From an uncultured Holophaga sp. (GTDB lineage: Bacteria; Acidobacteriota; Holophagae; Holophagales; Holophagaceae), in the NCBI GenBank assembly GCA_963664825.1, contig OY761614.1, positions 1,664,001-1,728,000 on the forward strand: a DNA stretch of 64,000 bases. Reading direction: 5' to 3'. The position numbers and the translations under genes are program-made. A model generated the notes under the pieces. It was not told the DNA's origin, did no database searches, and worked only from the letters and a program-made list of their open reading frames with translations. Positions 46,671-58,485 of the stretch are shown here, in pieces. Within the stretch, counting starts at the first letter, position 1. Each line of letters starts with the position of its first letter.

Positions 46671-48932
46671 ATGGATCCCGTCGTGAATGAAACCCTTGGT
46701 CAGAAACTGGGTCTTTCGGCGGAGGAGTGGCAGACCATGCTGCGCCTGGTGGGTGGTCGCACGCCCACCTACCCGGAATTGGGCATCTTCAGCGCCATGT
46801 GGAGCGAGCACTGCTCGTACAAATCCAGCCGCCTCCATCTCGCCAATCTCCCCACAAAGGGCCCCCGTGTGCTTCAGGGCCCCGGTGAGAACGCCGGCGT
46901 GGTCGATATCGGCGATGGATGGGCGGTCTGCTTCAAGATGGAGAGCCACAACCACCCCAGCTATATCGAGCCCTACCAGGGCGCGGCGACCGGCGTGGGC
47001 GGCATCCTGCGGGATGTCTTCACCATGGGCGCCCGACCCCTGGCCAACATGAACAGCCTGCGCTTCGGAGAACTGGACGCTCCCCGCATGAAGGGCCTCG
47101 TGAAGGGCGTGGCCGGGGGCATCAGTGGTTACGGCAACTGCATGGGCATCCCCATGCTGGGGGGCGACGTGGCCTTCGACGCCTGCTACAACGGCAATAT
47201 CCTGGTGAACGCCTTCACCCTTGGGGTCATGCAGGGCGACAAGATTTTCCGGGGCTTCGCCTCCGGCGTGGGCAACAAGGTGATGTACATCGGCTCCAAG
47301 ACGGGTCGGGACGGCATCCATGGCGCCAGCATGGCTTCGGCCGAATTCGGCGAAGGCAGTGAAGAGAAGCGCCCCACAGTGCAGGTGGGGGATCCCTTCA
47401 CGGAGAAGCTCCTGTTGGAGGCCTGCCTGGAACTTTTCGAGACCGACTGGATCATCGGCATCCAGGACATGGGTGCCGCGGGACTGACTTCTTCCAGCTT
47501 CGAGATGGCCAGTCGCGCTGGTACCGGGCTGGAACTGCGCCTGGACCGGATCCCCATGCGCGAAGAGGGCATGACCCCCTTCGAGTTGATGCTCTCGGAA
47601 TCCCAGGAGCGCATGCTGCTGGTGGCCAAGCCTGGTTGCGAGCCCCAGATCGAGGGCGTCCTCCACAAGTGGGGCCTGGACGCCTGTGTGGTGGGCGAGG
47701 TGACCGATTCGGGCCGCTTCATCGGCCTCTGGCACGGCTCAAGGGTCATCGACTTGCCCATCCAGCCCCTGGCCGATGCGGCTCCCAAGTACGATAGGCC
47801 CCAGGTGCGGCCCGCCTACCTCGATTCCATCGCCTTGGAACCCCTGCCTGCGGATCTGGAACCCGATGAGGTGGAACCCGCCCTGCGCCAGCTGCTGTCC
47901 AGCCCCACTATTGCCAGCAAACGCTGGATCTTCGAGCAGTACGACGGCACCGTGCGCAGCAACACGCTCATCCAGCAGGGAGCTGCCGATGCGGGCCTCA
48001 TCCGGGTGAAGGGCACCCAAAAGGCCGTGGCCATGAAGAGCGACTGCAATGGCCGCTACGCCTATCTGGATCCCTTCTGGGGCGCGGCCCACGCCGTGGC
48101 GGAAGCCTGCCGCAATCTGGCCTGCGTGGGCGCCGAACCCATCGGCCTCACGGATTGCCTCAATTACGGCAACCCCGAGAAGCCCGAGAACATGTGGGCC
48201 TTCGCTCAAGGGATCCTGGGCCTGCGCCAGGCCTGCCTGGCTTTCGATGTGCCTATCGTGAGCGGCAATGTGAGTCTCTACAACGACACCGAAGGGGTGG
48301 GCATCTTCCCCACCCCCATGATCGGCGCCGTGGGCCTCATCGACGACTACGCCATGCCCGTGGATGTGGAGGCCCAGGGCGCCGGCACAGGCAACCACTT
48401 CTGCGGTTCCAGCTTCAGGGCCCCCCACGACGCCATCTTCCTCCTGGGGGAAACCCGGGAGGAACTGGGGGGCAGCGAATACCTGAAACTGCGCACGGGG
48501 CGAGTCTTCGGCGCCTGCCCCGAGCTGCGCCTGGACGAGGAACTGCGTCTTCAGGCCTGCGTGCGGGAAGGCATCCGCATGGGCCTCATCCGCAGTGCCC
48601 ACGACACCAGCGAAGGCGGCCTGCTCATCACGGCTCTCGAAAGTGCCTTCAGCGGTGAGATGGGTTGCCAGCTCATGCTCTCCAGGCAGGGCCTACGCTT
48701 CGATAGCCTCCTCTTCGGCGAGAGCGCCGGACGCATTGTGGTGAGCCTGAACCCCGAGGGCGAATCCAGCTTGGCCAAGCTCGCTTGCACCCACCGGGTG
48801 CCCCTCGCCAAGATCGGCACCACCGGTGGCAGCCGCATCACGGTGGCCGTGGACGGGAAACCCCTGCTGGATGCCGAAGCCGTCGAACTGAAGGGGATTT
48901 ACGCGGACGCGCTGGAGACGGCGCTGGACTAA
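46671..48932 (+). CDS. purL: Phosphoribosylformylglycinamidine synthase subunit PurL
   Basis: [41 protein letters not shown]. Confidence 0.97.
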   Translation: MDPVVNETLGQKLGLSAEEWQTMLRLVGGRTPTYPELGIFSAMWSEHCSYKSSRLHLANLPTKGPRVLQGPGENAGVVDIGDGWAVCFKMESHNHPSYIEPYQGAATGVGGILRDVFTMGARPLANMNSLRFGELDAPRMKGLVKGVAGGISGYGNCMGIPMLGGDVAFDACYNGNILVNAFTLGVMQGDKIFRGFASGVGNKVMYIGSKTGRDGIHGASMASAEFGEGSEEKRPTVQVGDPFTEKLLLEACLELFETDWIIGIQDMGAAGLTSSSFEMASRAGTGLELRLDRIPMREEGMTPFELMLSESQERMLLVAKPGCEPQIEGVLHKWGLDACVVGEVTDSGRFIGLWHGSRVIDLPIQPLADAAPKYDRPQVRPAYLDSIALEPLPADLEPDEVEPALRQLLSSPTIASKRWIFEQYDGTVRSNTLIQQGAADAGLIRVKGTQKAVAMKSDCNGRYAYLDPFWGAAHAVAEACRNLACVGAEPIGLTDCLNYGNPEKPENMWAFAQGILGLRQACLAFDVPIVSGNVSLYNDTEGVGIFPTPMIGAVGLIDDYAMPVDVEAQGAGTGNHFCGSSFRAPHDAIFLLGETREELGGSEYLKLRTGRVFGACPELRLDEELRLQACVREGIRMGLIRSAHDTSEGGLLITALESAFSGEMGCQLMLSRQGLRFDSLLFGESAGRIVVSLNPEGESSLAKLACTHRVPLAKIGTTGGSRITVAVDGKPLLDAEAVELKGIYADALETALD

Positions 48933-48968
48933 CGGGAATTGCACTTCACCCAACCCAAAGGACCGTCC

Positions 48969-49778
48969 ATGCGCTTCGCCCTTGCGATCCCCACCCTGCT
49001 GCTTTGCTCCACACTCGGTTTCTCTCAAACCGCGGTTCCACCCAATCCCCCCCCAGCTCCCGATCTCACGGCTCCCTTGGATGCGGTGAAGACGCTTTCC
49101 GGCCTCGCGACGAAGCTCCTGAAGGCCGGGATGGGTGAGAAGTCCGCAGGCCCAGGGGATTACGTGACGCTCCACTACACGGGCTGGACCCGGGACGGGA
49201 AGGTATTCGATAGCACGCTGGCCCGCGCCGAGCCGCTGATCGTGCCCCTGGAGCGCCTGATGAAGGGTCTGGGGGAGGGGGTGCGGCTGATGATGGCGGG
49301 GGAAACCCGGCGGATGTGGATTCCCGAGGCTTTGGCCTTCGCGGGGGCCAAGGGGAAGCCTGCGGGCGATCTGGTGCTGGAGGTGCAGCTGCTTTCCGTG
49401 GACCCCCCCCCCACCCAGGCTCCCCTCGACGTGGCCCAACCTCCTGCGGATGCCCGCCTGGCGCCTTCGGGCCTCGTGTTCCATACGTTGCGCGCGGGCA
49501 TGGGGACCAAGCACCCTGGCAAACGCAGCCATGTCAATGTCCACTACACGGGATGGACCACGGACGGGAAACTGTTCGATAGTTCGCTGCTGCGGCGTAC
49601 AAGTGCGGAATTCCGCCTCGACGAGGTCATCAAGGGCTGGACCGAAGGCATTCAACTCATGGTGCCGGGGGAGAAGACCCGCTTCTGGATCCCCGAGAAA
49701 CTCGCCTACCGGGGCGAACGGGGAAAGCCTGCGGGGAAGCTGGTCTTCGATGTGGAGCTGCTGAGCTTTTGGGACTGA
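48969..49778 (+). CDS. Exported tandem-domain FKBP peptidyl-prolyl isomerase
   Basis: Signal peptide; two HYTGW..DG..FDS domains; VIKGWTEG. Confidence 0.92.
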   Translation: MRFALAIPTLLLCSTLGFSQTAVPPNPPPAPDLTAPLDAVKTLSGLATKLLKAGMGEKSAGPGDYVTLHYTGWTRDGKVFDSTLARAEPLIVPLERLMKGLGEGVRLMMAGETRRMWIPEALAFAGAKGKPAGDLVLEVQLLSVDPPPTQAPLDVAQPPADARLAPSGLVFHTLRAGMGTKHPGKRSHVNVHYTGWTTDGKLFDSSLLRRTSAEFRLDEVIKGWTEGIQLMVPGEKTRFWIPEKLAYRGERGKPAGKLVFDVELLSFWD

Positions 49779-49801
49779 GCTTCAGGCTGTGCGCACTGTC
49801 T

Positions 49802-50293
49802 TCATACGTGGGTGGGCGATGAGGCCAGTCTTCCCGCCAGGACAACGCCTGTTCTCGTGTTGAAGAGGATCTTCATGCCCCGGAGGCCGCCCATATCCTG
49901 GGCGACGATGGGAATCCGGTGGGTGGCCAGGATCTCTTGGGCCAGCGAGATATTGCGTTCGCCGATCAGCATGCGGCCGGACGTGTCTCCGAGCACATTG
50001 GCCCCTCCGAAACATTTCGCCACGAGCTGCTCCTTCCGGCATCCGAACTCGAGCATTTTCCCGATGAGCTTCTCGATGGCGACGTTCCCGTATTTCGGCG
50101 TGGGGAGTCCATCGCCATTCCAGAGGGGCAGCATGTAGTGGTTCATGCCTCCGAAGGCCAGGCGCGAATCCCAGAGGCACACCGAAACGCAGGATCCTAG
50201 TAAGGTCATCACCTCCAGCTCGTCTCGGCTGGCGATGAGCATGCATGGGTTCAGGTTGTGGCGTGCCACAGCCGGGAAGGAAGGCAGGGCCAT
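49802..50293 (-). CDS. cheD: Chemoreceptor glutamine deamidase CheD
   Basis: TLLGSCVSVCLWD, GGMNHYMLP, AKCFGG, IGERN. Confidence 0.92.
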   Translation of the reverse strand: MALPSFPAVARHNLNPCMLIASRDELEVMTLLGSCVSVCLWDSRLAFGGMNHYMLPLWNGDGLPTPKYGNVAIEKLIGKMLEFGCRKEQLVAKCFGGANVLGDTSGRMLIGERNISLAQEILATHRIPIVAQDMGGLRGMKILFNTRTGVVLAGRLASSPTHV

Positions 50294-50295
50294 GT

Positions 50296-51534
50296 TCAGA
50301 GCTCGTGGGGTTCGTCGAAGATGAAGAGGTTTCCGTCGAAGGAGGACGTGTCCGTGTCCTCGGCCGGGGAACCCGCAGGCAGGCGGCAGATGAATTTTGA
50401 GCCGTGACCTGGTTGGCTCTCCACGAGGATCTGACCGTTCAGCAGGTCCGTCAGAGCCTTGACCACGGCGAGGCCCAGCCCCTGTCCTTTATGGGCCCGC
50501 ACGGAGCCCGCCTCCAGTTGTTTGAAGCGTTCGAAGATCAGGGCCTGGTCCGCTTCGCTGAGGCCTGGCCCCTGGTCCTCGACCTCGATGACCAGCACAC
50601 CGGGCGACTGAAGGGCCCGCAGTTCGATCCGTCCTCCCCTGGGCGAGAATTCAATGGCGTTGGCCAGCAGATTGGCCAGGATGATGCTCAATTTCCCCGC
50701 GTCCGTGGGGAAGGGCTCGCAGCCCTCGGGGGCCTTCACGACTAGGGTCTGGGCCTTCGCAGTCGCTCCGCCGGCGAAGCCCTCCGCCGCATCCCGCAGC
50801 ACGGAACCCACGTCCACCCTCGTGATGGATGGAGAAGCCTCGCCCGCTTCCAGTTCTCCGGCACAGAAGATGTTCCGGAGCTCGAATTCGAGATGGGAGG
50901 CCTCTGCCTTGATCAGGGCGGCCAGGGTTCGGCTCACCTCCGCCGGGAGGGCCGGGTCGCAGATCTCCGTAGCCAGCCCCAGGATGGCGCCGAGGGGGTC
51001 ATTGATCTCGCTTCGCATATTGGCGATGAAATGGCCCTTGAGCTCCTCGGACTCGCGGAGCCGTTCGTTGACTTCGATCAACCGCCGGTTCAGCTGGTGA
51101 GCTTCCGAGAAGGCATCCTGGAGATGCTGATGGCTCTCTTCCAATTGCCGCCGTTGTCGCCGGAGCTCCAGGTGGGTGCGGACCCGAGCCTCCACTTCCT
51201 CGAAATGGAAGGGCTTGCTCACGTAGTCCACCCCGCCCGAGGCGAAGGCCTCCAGCTTATCCCGGGTCTCCATGAGGCCGCTGAGGAAGATGACCGGCGT
51301 CTCCCGCAGCTCCGGCATGGCCTTGAGGCTCCGACAGACATCGAAGCCGCTCTTGCCGGGCATGCTGATATCCAGCAGGAGCAGATCGGGATGGTCCCGG
51401 AGGCAGACCTCCAGGGCCGCGTCGCCTTGGCAGGCCTCGAGCACCTCGAAGCCGATATCCTCCAGGAAGGCCCGGAGATTCTGCCGTAGCAGGGGTTCGT
51501 CATCGACCACCAGGATCTTTTCCAACGGGTTCAT
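50296..51534 (-). CDS. Receiver + histidine-kinase-like hybrid lacking the H-box His
   Basis: Receiver (VVDD, LLDISMP, SKPF); H-box reads FIANMRSEINDPL; N, G1 and G2 boxes present. Confidence 0.88.
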   Translation of the reverse strand: MNPLEKILVVDDEPLLRQNLRAFLEDIGFEVLEACQGDAALEVCLRDHPDLLLLDISMPGKSGFDVCRSLKAMPELRETPVIFLSGLMETRDKLEAFASGGVDYVSKPFHFEEVEARVRTHLELRRQRRQLEESHQHLQDAFSEAHQLNRRLIEVNERLRESEELKGHFIANMRSEINDPLGAILGLATEICDPALPAEVSRTLAALIKAEASHLEFELRNIFCAGELEAGEASPSITRVDVGSVLRDAAEGFAGGATAKAQTLVVKAPEGCEPFPTDAGKLSIILANLLANAIEFSPRGGRIELRALQSPGVLVIEVEDQGPGLSEADQALIFERFKQLEAGSVRAHKGQGLGLAVVKALTDLLNGQILVESQPGHGSKFICRLPAGSPAEDTDTSSFDGNLFIFDEPHEL

Positions 51535-51538
51535 GGCG

Positions 51539-51931
51539 TCATCTCCCGGAATCAGAGGGCTCAGGATGATCGAGGATCGCTTGGATGGCCGTCACCAGCA
51601 TGCCCAGATCATTCAATGGCTTGAAGAGACAATCCCTGGCGCCCAGGCGGAGGGCCTCGGTGGAGGCCTGGGCATCACCCGTGCCCGTGAGGACGATGAC
51701 CGGTGTGCCCAGGTGCTGGGCCCGCAGGAGGCCGAGCAGGCTGAAACCATCGATCTCGGGCATCCGCAGATCGGTCACCAGGATATCCGGGGATTCCCGC
51801 ACCAGGATTTCCAGGCCTTCCCTGCCGTTGGCGGCCTCCAGGCAGCGGAATCCGCTATCTTCCAGATAGGCGGCTATGGAGAGGCGAATCGCTGATTCGT
51901 CGTCGATGATCAGCACGGTGCGGCTAGGCAT
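51539..51931 (-). CDS. Single-domain response regulator
   Basis: IIDDE, TDLRMP, LTG, FKP. Confidence 0.9.
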   Translation of the reverse strand: MPSRTVLIIDDESAIRLSIAAYLEDSGFRCLEAANGREGLEILVRESPDILVTDLRMPEIDGFSLLGLLRAQHLGTPVIVLTGTGDAQASTEALRLGARDCLFKPLNDLGMLVTAIQAILDHPEPSDSGR

Positions 51932-54900
51932 CCTCCCGCTCCCTCATCACCGGTAGGCGCAGTGTGAAGCAGGTCCCTACACCAGGGGTCGAAGCGACCT
52001 CCAGTAGCCCCTTGTGGTTCTGAGTGATGATCGTGTACGAGACTGAGAGACCGAGCCCCGTCCCTACGCCAGGATCCTTGGTGGTGAAGAAGGGTTCGAA
52101 GACGCGCCTGCGGATGGTCTCGTCCATTCCCGGCCCGTTGTCCTCGATCTCCAATACGACGTGTTTGGCTTCCCGGCGGGCCCTCAGGATCAGGCAGGGG
52201 TGCTTCGAAGGAGGGTTCCCGGCCATGGCCTGGGCCGCGTTCTTGAGGAGGTTGAGGAACACTTGCTCGATCTCGATGGCCACCACCGGCACGAGGGGCA
52301 GTTCCTGTTCGAATTCCCGCTGGATCTCGATGCTGCGGAAATCGTATTTTTTCTTCAGGTCGTAGTCATTGGCGGCCAGCTCGAGAGCCTGTTCCAGGAT
52401 CGCGGGCAGCGAGACCGCATGCCTAGCGGAATCGGCCTGGCGGCTGAACTGCAGCATGTTGCCGACGATCTTGGTCGCCCGGCCGACGGCCTCTCGGATG
52501 CCGCCCATGAACTGGGTGATCTGCCGCTTCTCGAAATAGGCCTGGAGGAGCCCCATATCCAGGCCTATTTCCTCGGCCACGACGCGGTTGGCGGGCAATT
52601 CCGTGGAGAGCCGGCGTTCGATATTTTGGGTCGCTTGGCTGATGATCCCCAGAGGGTTATTGATCTCGTGGGCCATGCCTGCGGCCAGGCCGCCCACGGA
52701 CATCATCTTCTCGGTCTGGATCATCAGTTCCTGGATGCGGACCCGCTCCGTGATGTCCTGGATGCGCACAACGGCTCCCTCCATTCCGTCGGTCACCAGG
52801 GGATACATCATCAACTCGAAGAAGTGCCGCTCACCCTCGCGTTCCAAGAGCAGCTTCTCCATGGAGGCCGGACGATGTTCCCGCTGGATTTCCTGGCAGA
52901 GGACCGATATCCAGGGTGCGAAGTCCGGGGCCAGATCCTCGATGGGCCGCCCCAGCGCTTCTGCCTCGGGGATTCCCAGGAGGGTCTCCGCGGCGCGGTT
53001 CCACTGGGTGACGCGCTTCTGACAATTCAGGCCCACCAGGGCGGAGGGCATGGAATCGATGACATTGGACAGGTAGTTCTTGAGGTGGAGGATTTCCTGC
53101 TCCACCTTCTTCCGTTCGGTGATGTCGTGGAAAGTCCAAATCCTCCCATAGAGTTCCCCATTCTCCCCCAGGACTGGTGCGGAGTACCTCTCCAGGACCG
53201 TGCCGTTTCTGAACTCGATCTCGTCGCGGCTGGTCTCCGTGGGATGGGCGTAGAGGTAGATGACCTTTTCTAAAAATGCCTTGGGGTTCCGAGTGAGGCC
53301 GACGACCTGTTCCAGGAACATCGTGTCATCCTCGTTCTCCATGACTTCGCGAGGGACCTTGAACATATCCAGGAGGGCTCTATTGCTGAGGATGCGCTTC
53401 TGCTGCATGGAGACCACCAGGATTCCATCCAGGGTTGCATTGGCTTGAGCCGAGAGTAGCGCGGTCTTGGCTTTCAGGGAGTCCTCGGCCTTCTTCCGTT
53501 CGCTGATGTCCTGGACGAAGCCGAAGAGGAGAGGCTGCTCCGTCTCCGGATCCGGATGCAGGCTGATGGACATGATGCCGTCCATGAAGGTGCCGTCCTT
53601 CCGCCGGAAGTGGACCTCCTCCACGAACCAGGTTCCAACGTTGTCCTGGAGTCGCCGCACCAGATCGAGGCGCTGGTCCGGGGACTCGTAGAGCCCCTGG
53701 CCGATCCCCTGGGCGTTCACCTGCTGGACCGTGGAGAGCGGATCCTCATAGCGGAACATCGCCGCCAGGGCGGGATTCACTTGCAGGAAACGCCCTTCCG
53801 GGGTCGAGCGGAAGATTCCGATGGGGGAACCCTCGAAGAGAGTGCTCAGGCGGCGCTCGCTCTCTTGGATGATCTGTTCGGATCGCTTCCACTCCGTGAT
53901 ATCCATGGCCATGAAGAGCAGGAGGGGTCTGCTCTCCACGGGCACCCTGCGGATGGTGGCCAGGACGTCCCGCTCACCCTTGCCGGGGATATGGATCTTG
54001 ATGTCCATGGCGCTGACCGATCCGCCCCCATCCAGGATCTGCATCGCTCTCTGCAGACCGCTCTCCTCGAGGACGAGGCCGAGCTGCTCGGGCGTCTTAC
54101 CGAGGATCTCCTCCTTGGGACGATCCAGCACCTCGCAGAAGCGTGGATTCACGTCCACATAGACGCCCGTCTCGGGATCGGCCAGGGTGATCGACATGGG
54201 ATTGGCATCGAAGATGGCCCGGAACCGCTGCTGGTTCTGATGGGTCTCCGCTTCGGCCTTCTTCTGCTCGGTCATGTCCAGGCCCACGCCGACGATGTAG
54301 GGCTTCCCGCCGATATCCACACTCACGGCCGTGAAGTAATAGGGGATGCGTCGCCCATCCTTCATTCGGAGGTGGGCTTCGGCCTCGGTCTGGCCTTCCC
54401 GACGGGCCCGTTGGAAAGCCTCGAGAATCCGCTGGGTCTCCTCTGAATCCCCCTTGAACCAGTCGAGGATGGGGAAGCCCTTCAGCTCCTGGGTCGAATA
54501 ACCCGTCAGTTCCTCGTTGCGCTTATTCCAGCGCACCATCCGCCCATCCAGATCATAGACATAGAGGATCCCCGGGATGCTGTCCATCACGGCATCGGTG
54601 AAGAGACGGCTCTGGGCCAGATCATCCTCCACCCGCTTGCGATCGGTGATGTCCTCGAAGACGCCCAGGCTGCCGATCACCTTCCCCTGGTGGTCCTCCA
54701 GGGGGACCTTGGTGGTGTCCAACCAAAATTCTCGCTCTTTCGCATCCCGGAGAGACTCGATGATATGGCGCTTGGGTTGCCTTGATTCCATGACCACTCG
54801 GTCGTCGGCCAGGTAGGTCTCGGCATGTTCCGAACCCCAGGGCATATCGAAATCGGTCCTCCCGATGATCTCTGCGGAATCCTCGCGTCCCGCGAAGTGG

Positions 54901-56102
54901 GCGAAAGCCTCGTTGCAGCCCAGGTAGGTTCCGGCGCAATCCTTCCAGAAAACGGCCTGGGGGATGGTGTTCAGCACCAGCTTGAGCATGGCCTCGCTGG
55001 CGTGCAGGGCCGCCTGGGCTTCCTTCTGCTGGGTTATGTCCAGCGTGATGGTGACGTATTCGCTCTCAGCCCCCTCGAGTTCCAGGGGGGCTAGGCGCAC
55101 CACCAGAGGCACCATGCTGCCATCAGCCCGTTGGCCCTGGGTCTCCTGGGCAGTGATTCCGTGGGGCAAACCATAGAGGAGCCCTGCGGCTTCGGAATCC
55201 TCCTCTCGGGCGTAGGTCATGCGGATGCTCTGGCCGGGGAACTCGGCCCGATCTCGCTGGAAGATCCGGGCGAAGGTCTCATTGACCTCAATGAAGCGGC
55301 GGTCCTTCATGGAGGCAATGCCGATGGGTGCGGAATCAAATACGGCCTTCAGTGTGGATTCACTCCTGCGGAGGGCCACCTCCGCATGGAGGCGTTCCCG
55401 GATTTCCCGAGCCAATTTGAGGTTCTGGGCCCGGAGCGAACCCATGGCCAGCACGATGGGCGCTAGGAAGAGGAGAAGCAGGGTCAGAAAGATGAAGAAG
55501 CCCGAGCGCAGGACGGCCAGCAGCGCCCGGCTCTCCTCGTTCAGATAGGCGCCGGTCCCGATCATCACGTCCAGTTCCGGCACCAGCTGGAAATAGGAGA
55601 GTTTATCCTCCACGTGTCGCATCTTGGGGCTCGGGAAAGGATAGGCGTAGAAGATCCCCTCCGGATGGACCCGGAGCCCGGGGATCACCTCTTTGAGGAG
55701 ACCGCCCCCCGGAATATTGGCATCCATAGCGCCCTCGTCTTGGGTCCGGAAGGGCCTCAGGATCACCCGGCCATCCATGCCGGTTATGAAAATGTAGTTG
55801 GGACCGGATTCATCCTCGAAGCAAAGGGTTCGCAATCGCTCGCGGGCTGCTTCGATGGCCGCTGCTTGGGAAATTTTTCCCGCCCGGAGCTCCGCCAGGA
55901 TGGGTTCCAGGGCATGGCGAGCCATGCTGACCTTTTCCGTGAGCTCGGCCCGCCGCTGCTGTTCCTCGTAGGCGCGGAAGCGATTCTTGCCATAGCTGAA
56001 TAGCGCGAAGGCCAGCATTACCATCAGGCCGACCAGGAGGGCGATCCAGGCGTCCCGGAAGAACATCGGCGGCCTGCCTTCGGGCCGGGAAGGGGGCTTC
56101 AT
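51924..56102 (-). CDS. Membrane sensor histidine kinase with Cache-like domain and about 7 PAS domains
   Basis: Two TMs around a Cache-like region, serial PAS/PAC ending DITE/DISE, AHEINNPL, FTTK..GTGLGL. Start at 56102 overlaps the upstream stop. Confidence 0.92.
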   Translation of the reverse strand: MKPPSRPEGRPPMFFRDAWIALLVGLMVMLAFALFSYGKNRFRAYEEQQRRAELTEKVSMARHALEPILAELRAGKISQAAAIEAARERLRTLCFEDESGPNYIFITGMDGRVILRPFRTQDEGAMDANIPGGGLLKEVIPGLRVHPEGIFYAYPFPSPKMRHVEDKLSYFQLVPELDVMIGTGAYLNEESRALLAVLRSGFFIFLTLLLLFLAPIVLAMGSLRAQNLKLAREIRERLHAEVALRRSESTLKAVFDSAPIGIASMKDRRFIEVNETFARIFQRDRAEFPGQSIRMTYAREEDSEAAGLLYGLPHGITAQETQGQRADGSMVPLVVRLAPLELEGAESEYVTITLDITQQKEAQAALHASEAMLKLVLNTIPQAVFWKDCAGTYLGCNEAFAHFAGREDSAEIIGRTDFDMPWGSEHAETYLADDRVVMESRQPKRHIIESLRDAKEREFWLDTTKVPLEDHQGKVIGSLGVFEDITDRKRVEDDLAQSRLFTDAVMDSIPGILYVYDLDGRMVRWNKRNEELTGYSTQELKGFPILDWFKGDSEETQRILEAFQRARREGQTEAEAHLRMKDGRRIPYYFTAVSVDIGGKPYIVGVGLDMTEQKKAEAETHQNQQRFRAIFDANPMSITLADPETGVYVDVNPRFCEVLDRPKEEILGKTPEQLGLVLEESGLQRAMQILDGGGSVSAMDIKIHIPGKGERDVLATIRRVPVESRPLLLFMAMDITEWKRSEQIIQESERRLSTLFEGSPIGIFRSTPEGRFLQVNPALAAMFRYEDPLSTVQQVNAQGIGQGLYESPDQRLDLVRRLQDNVGTWFVEEVHFRRKDGTFMDGIMSISLHPDPETEQPLLFGFVQDISERKKAEDSLKAKTALLSAQANATLDGILVVSMQQKRILSNRALLDMFKVPREVMENEDDTMFLEQVVGLTRNPKAFLEKVIYLYAHPTETSRDEIEFRNGTVLERYSAPVLGENGELYGRIWTFHDITERKKVEQEILHLKNYLSNVIDSMPSALVGLNCQKRVTQWNRAAETLLGIPEAEALGRPIEDLAPDFAPWISVLCQEIQREHRPASMEKLLLEREGERHFFELMMYPLVTDGMEGAVVRIQDITERVRIQELMIQTEKMMSVGGLAAGMAHEINNPLGIISQATQNIERRLSTELPANRVVAEEIGLDMGLLQAYFEKRQITQFMGGIREAVGRATKIVGNMLQFSRQADSARHAVSLPAILEQALELAANDYDLKKKYDFRSIEIQREFEQELPLVPVVAIEIEQVFLNLLKNAAQAMAGNPPSKHPCLILRARREAKHVVLEIEDNGPGMDETIRRRVFEPFFTTKDPGVGTGLGLSVSYTIITQNHKGLLEVASTPGVGTCFTLRLPVMREREDA

Positions 56103-57370
56103 TCTGGTCCTGATCCACGGAGATGGGACCGGTCTTGCTGGGCCCACTCGGGCACCTGTTCCCCAGGCATCGGACGGGCCAGGAAATACCCCTGGCCCAC
56201 ATCGCAGCCCAGGCCCCGGAGGGCTCGCCAGATCTCCAGCGTCTCGATGCCTTCGGCGACGACGTTGAGCTTGAGGTCCTGGGCCATCTGGATCATCCGA
56301 AGGGCCATGAGCATCTGGCGCTGGGCGGGGAGCACCCGGGTGATGGATTGGTCGATTTTCAGTTCCGTGAAAGGGATCCGTTCGAGCTGTTCGAAGGTCG
56401 CGAAGCCGGTTCCGAAGTCATCGATGCTCAGCCGGAAGCCCCTCATCCTCAGCCGGGCTAAATTGGACAGACTGTGTCCCAGATGGGAGACAGAGGCGGA
56501 TTCCGTCACCTCGTAGACCACGGATTTGGGTGGCAATTCGAGGCGCTGAGTGGTTTCCATCAGTTGATCGGCGAACCCGGAAACCCCCAGGGAACGGGTG
56601 GATAGGTTCACGGAAACATCCAGACGGAGACCATGGCGGTTCCAGGCATGCCAATGTTCGGCCACGCGCTCCAGGACGCACATGGTCAGATCCGTGATCA
56701 GTTCCTCTTCCGCCTCGGCCTGGGGCAGGAAGGCCGCCGGGCCCAACAGGCCGAATTCCGGATGACGCCACCGCACGAGGGCTTCCACGCCCTGGAGGAG
56801 GGCGCCCTGCAGGGTGACCTGGGGCTGAAAGAAACAGAGAAACTCGCCATCCGTGATGCCCCGGCGGATCTCCCGGTGGTCGAGCCCATTCAGGAAGGGC
56901 CCATCCGCAGGTTTCATGTCCACGGAGGAAAGTGCGGGGGCCTCCCCGAGGACCCGCATGAGAGCGTCCCGGTTCAAGGGTTTGGGGATCACACCGGGAA
57001 CGCTTAGTCCATAGGTCTCCGCCATCAGGCGCACGGCGCGGAGCACTTCGGATTCCAGGGAACTGACGATGATCACCCGGGGTTTGAACCCGCGGGCGGC
57101 CAGTTCGCCGATGAAGGCCACGCCATCCATGCGAGGCATCTCCAGGTCCGAGAGGATGACATCGATTCGGGTCTCCTGGGCTAGGGTGGCCAGCCCCTCG
57201 ACGCCGTCCCCGGCCTCCAGGATTTGGGTGGCCCCCAGTTCCTTCACCAGGGAGACCGCGTGGGCCCTCTGGACGGCGCTGTCCTCCACCACCAGCACCC
57301 GGAGACCGGCCATCGGGGGCTCCGTGTTTTTGTCGAGCGGGGATATTTCACGATCTTGGGGAAACTTCAT
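56099..57370 (-). CDS. REC-EAL c-di-GMP phosphodiesterase
   Basis: Receiver, then FQP, EALVRW, SVNLS, EVTES, DDFGTG, KID, EGIE, QGY all intact. Start overlaps the cheB stop (alternative start at 57313). Confidence 0.92.
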   Translation of the reverse strand: MKFPQDREISPLDKNTEPPMAGLRVLVVEDSAVQRAHAVSLVKELGATQILEAGDGVEGLATLAQETRIDVILSDLEMPRMDGVAFIGELAARGFKPRVIIVSSLESEVLRAVRLMAETYGLSVPGVIPKPLNRDALMRVLGEAPALSSVDMKPADGPFLNGLDHREIRRGITDGEFLCFFQPQVTLQGALLQGVEALVRWRHPEFGLLGPAAFLPQAEAEEELITDLTMCVLERVAEHWHAWNRHGLRLDVSVNLSTRSLGVSGFADQLMETTQRLELPPKSVVYEVTESASVSHLGHSLSNLARLRMRGFRLSIDDFGTGFATFEQLERIPFTELKIDQSITRVLPAQRQMLMALRMIQMAQDLKLNVVAEGIETLEIWRALRGLGCDVGQGYFLARPMPGEQVPEWAQQDRSHLRGSGPE

Positions 57371-58434
57371 CGAGAGATCAGCTCCGGAATCTGCCTTAGG
57401 GGCACCACGCGATCGGCGGCCCCCAGTTTGATGGCCTCCTTGGGCATGCCGAAGACCACGCAGGAATCCTCGTCCTGGGCCATGGTGCGGGCGCCTGCCT
57501 GCTTCATCTCCAGCAGACCCCGAGCGCCATCGTCGCCCATGCCGGTCATGATCACGCCTGTAGCGTTCTTCCCGGCGTATTTTGCCACCGAGCGGAAGAG
57601 CACATCCACCGAGGGGCAATGGCGGTTTACGGGGGGTGCGCTGATCACTTCCGCCAGGTATTGGGCGCCGCTGCGCCTGACCACCAGATGCTTACCTCCG
57701 GGGGCGATGAGGGCTCGCCCTGCCAGCACCCGGTCCCCGGTGCGGGCTTCCCGCACTTCGATTTCGCAGATGGAGTCCAGGCGCTCGGCGAAGGCGGCCG
57801 TGAATCGCTCGGGCATGTGTTGGACCACGACGATGCCGGGGCAGGTCCGGGGCAGGGCGGAGAGCACGAATTCCAGGGCCTGGGTGCCTCCGGTGGACGT
57901 ACCGATGGCGGTGAATATTTCTGTGGTGACGGCCATGGCTTCGATTCCAGGTGCCAATACGGCGTCCGCAGTGAGTTTGGGGGGTGTGGTCAAGGTTGGG
58001 TGGAGCTGTGGCAGGCGCGACATGCGGGCTCCGGCGGCTGCTCGCACAGCAGCAACGAGATCCTGGGAAGCGTCCTCCAGGTAATTCTTCACGCCGATCA
58101 TGGGCTTGGTGAAGATCGTGAAGGCCCCGGCCGACAGCGCCTGCATCGTGGTCTCCGCACCCTTGGCGGTGAGAGAGGAACAGATGATCACCGGGGTGGG
58201 TCGTTCGGCCATGATCTTTCGCAGGAAGGTGATGCCGTCCATGCGCGGCATTTCCACATCCAGCAGGATTACATCGGGCCATTCCTTGGCCATTTTTTCC
58301 ATGGCGAAGATGGGATCCATGGCGTGGCCGATGACCTTGATGCCGCGGTCCTTTTCGAGGATGGCGACGAACGCTTGGCGCACTACTGCGGAATCATCCA
58401 CGATGAGCACCTTGATGGGGTTCGCGAGCGTCAC
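57367..58434 (-). CDS. cheB: Chemotaxis methylesterase CheB
   Basis: Receiver plus [27 protein letters not shown]. Confidence 0.96.
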   Translation of the reverse strand: MTLANPIKVLIVDDSAVVRQAFVAILEKDRGIKVIGHAMDPIFAMEKMAKEWPDVILLDVEMPRMDGITFLRKIMAERPTPVIICSSLTAKGAETTMQALSAGAFTIFTKPMIGVKNYLEDASQDLVAAVRAAAGARMSRLPQLHPTLTTPPKLTADAVLAPGIEAMAVTTEIFTAIGTSTGGTQALEFVLSALPRTCPGIVVVQHMPERFTAAFAERLDSICEIEVREARTGDRVLAGRALIAPGGKHLVVRRSGAQYLAEVISAPPVNRHCPSVDVLFRSVAKYAGKNATGVIMTGMGDDGARGLLEMKQAGARTMAQDEDSCVVFGMPKEAIKLGAADRVVPLRQIPELISR

Positions 58435-58485
58435 GAGGCTTTCTCCTTCCAGTCCTGCGCATCGATCATAGTCGTGGATGCCATC

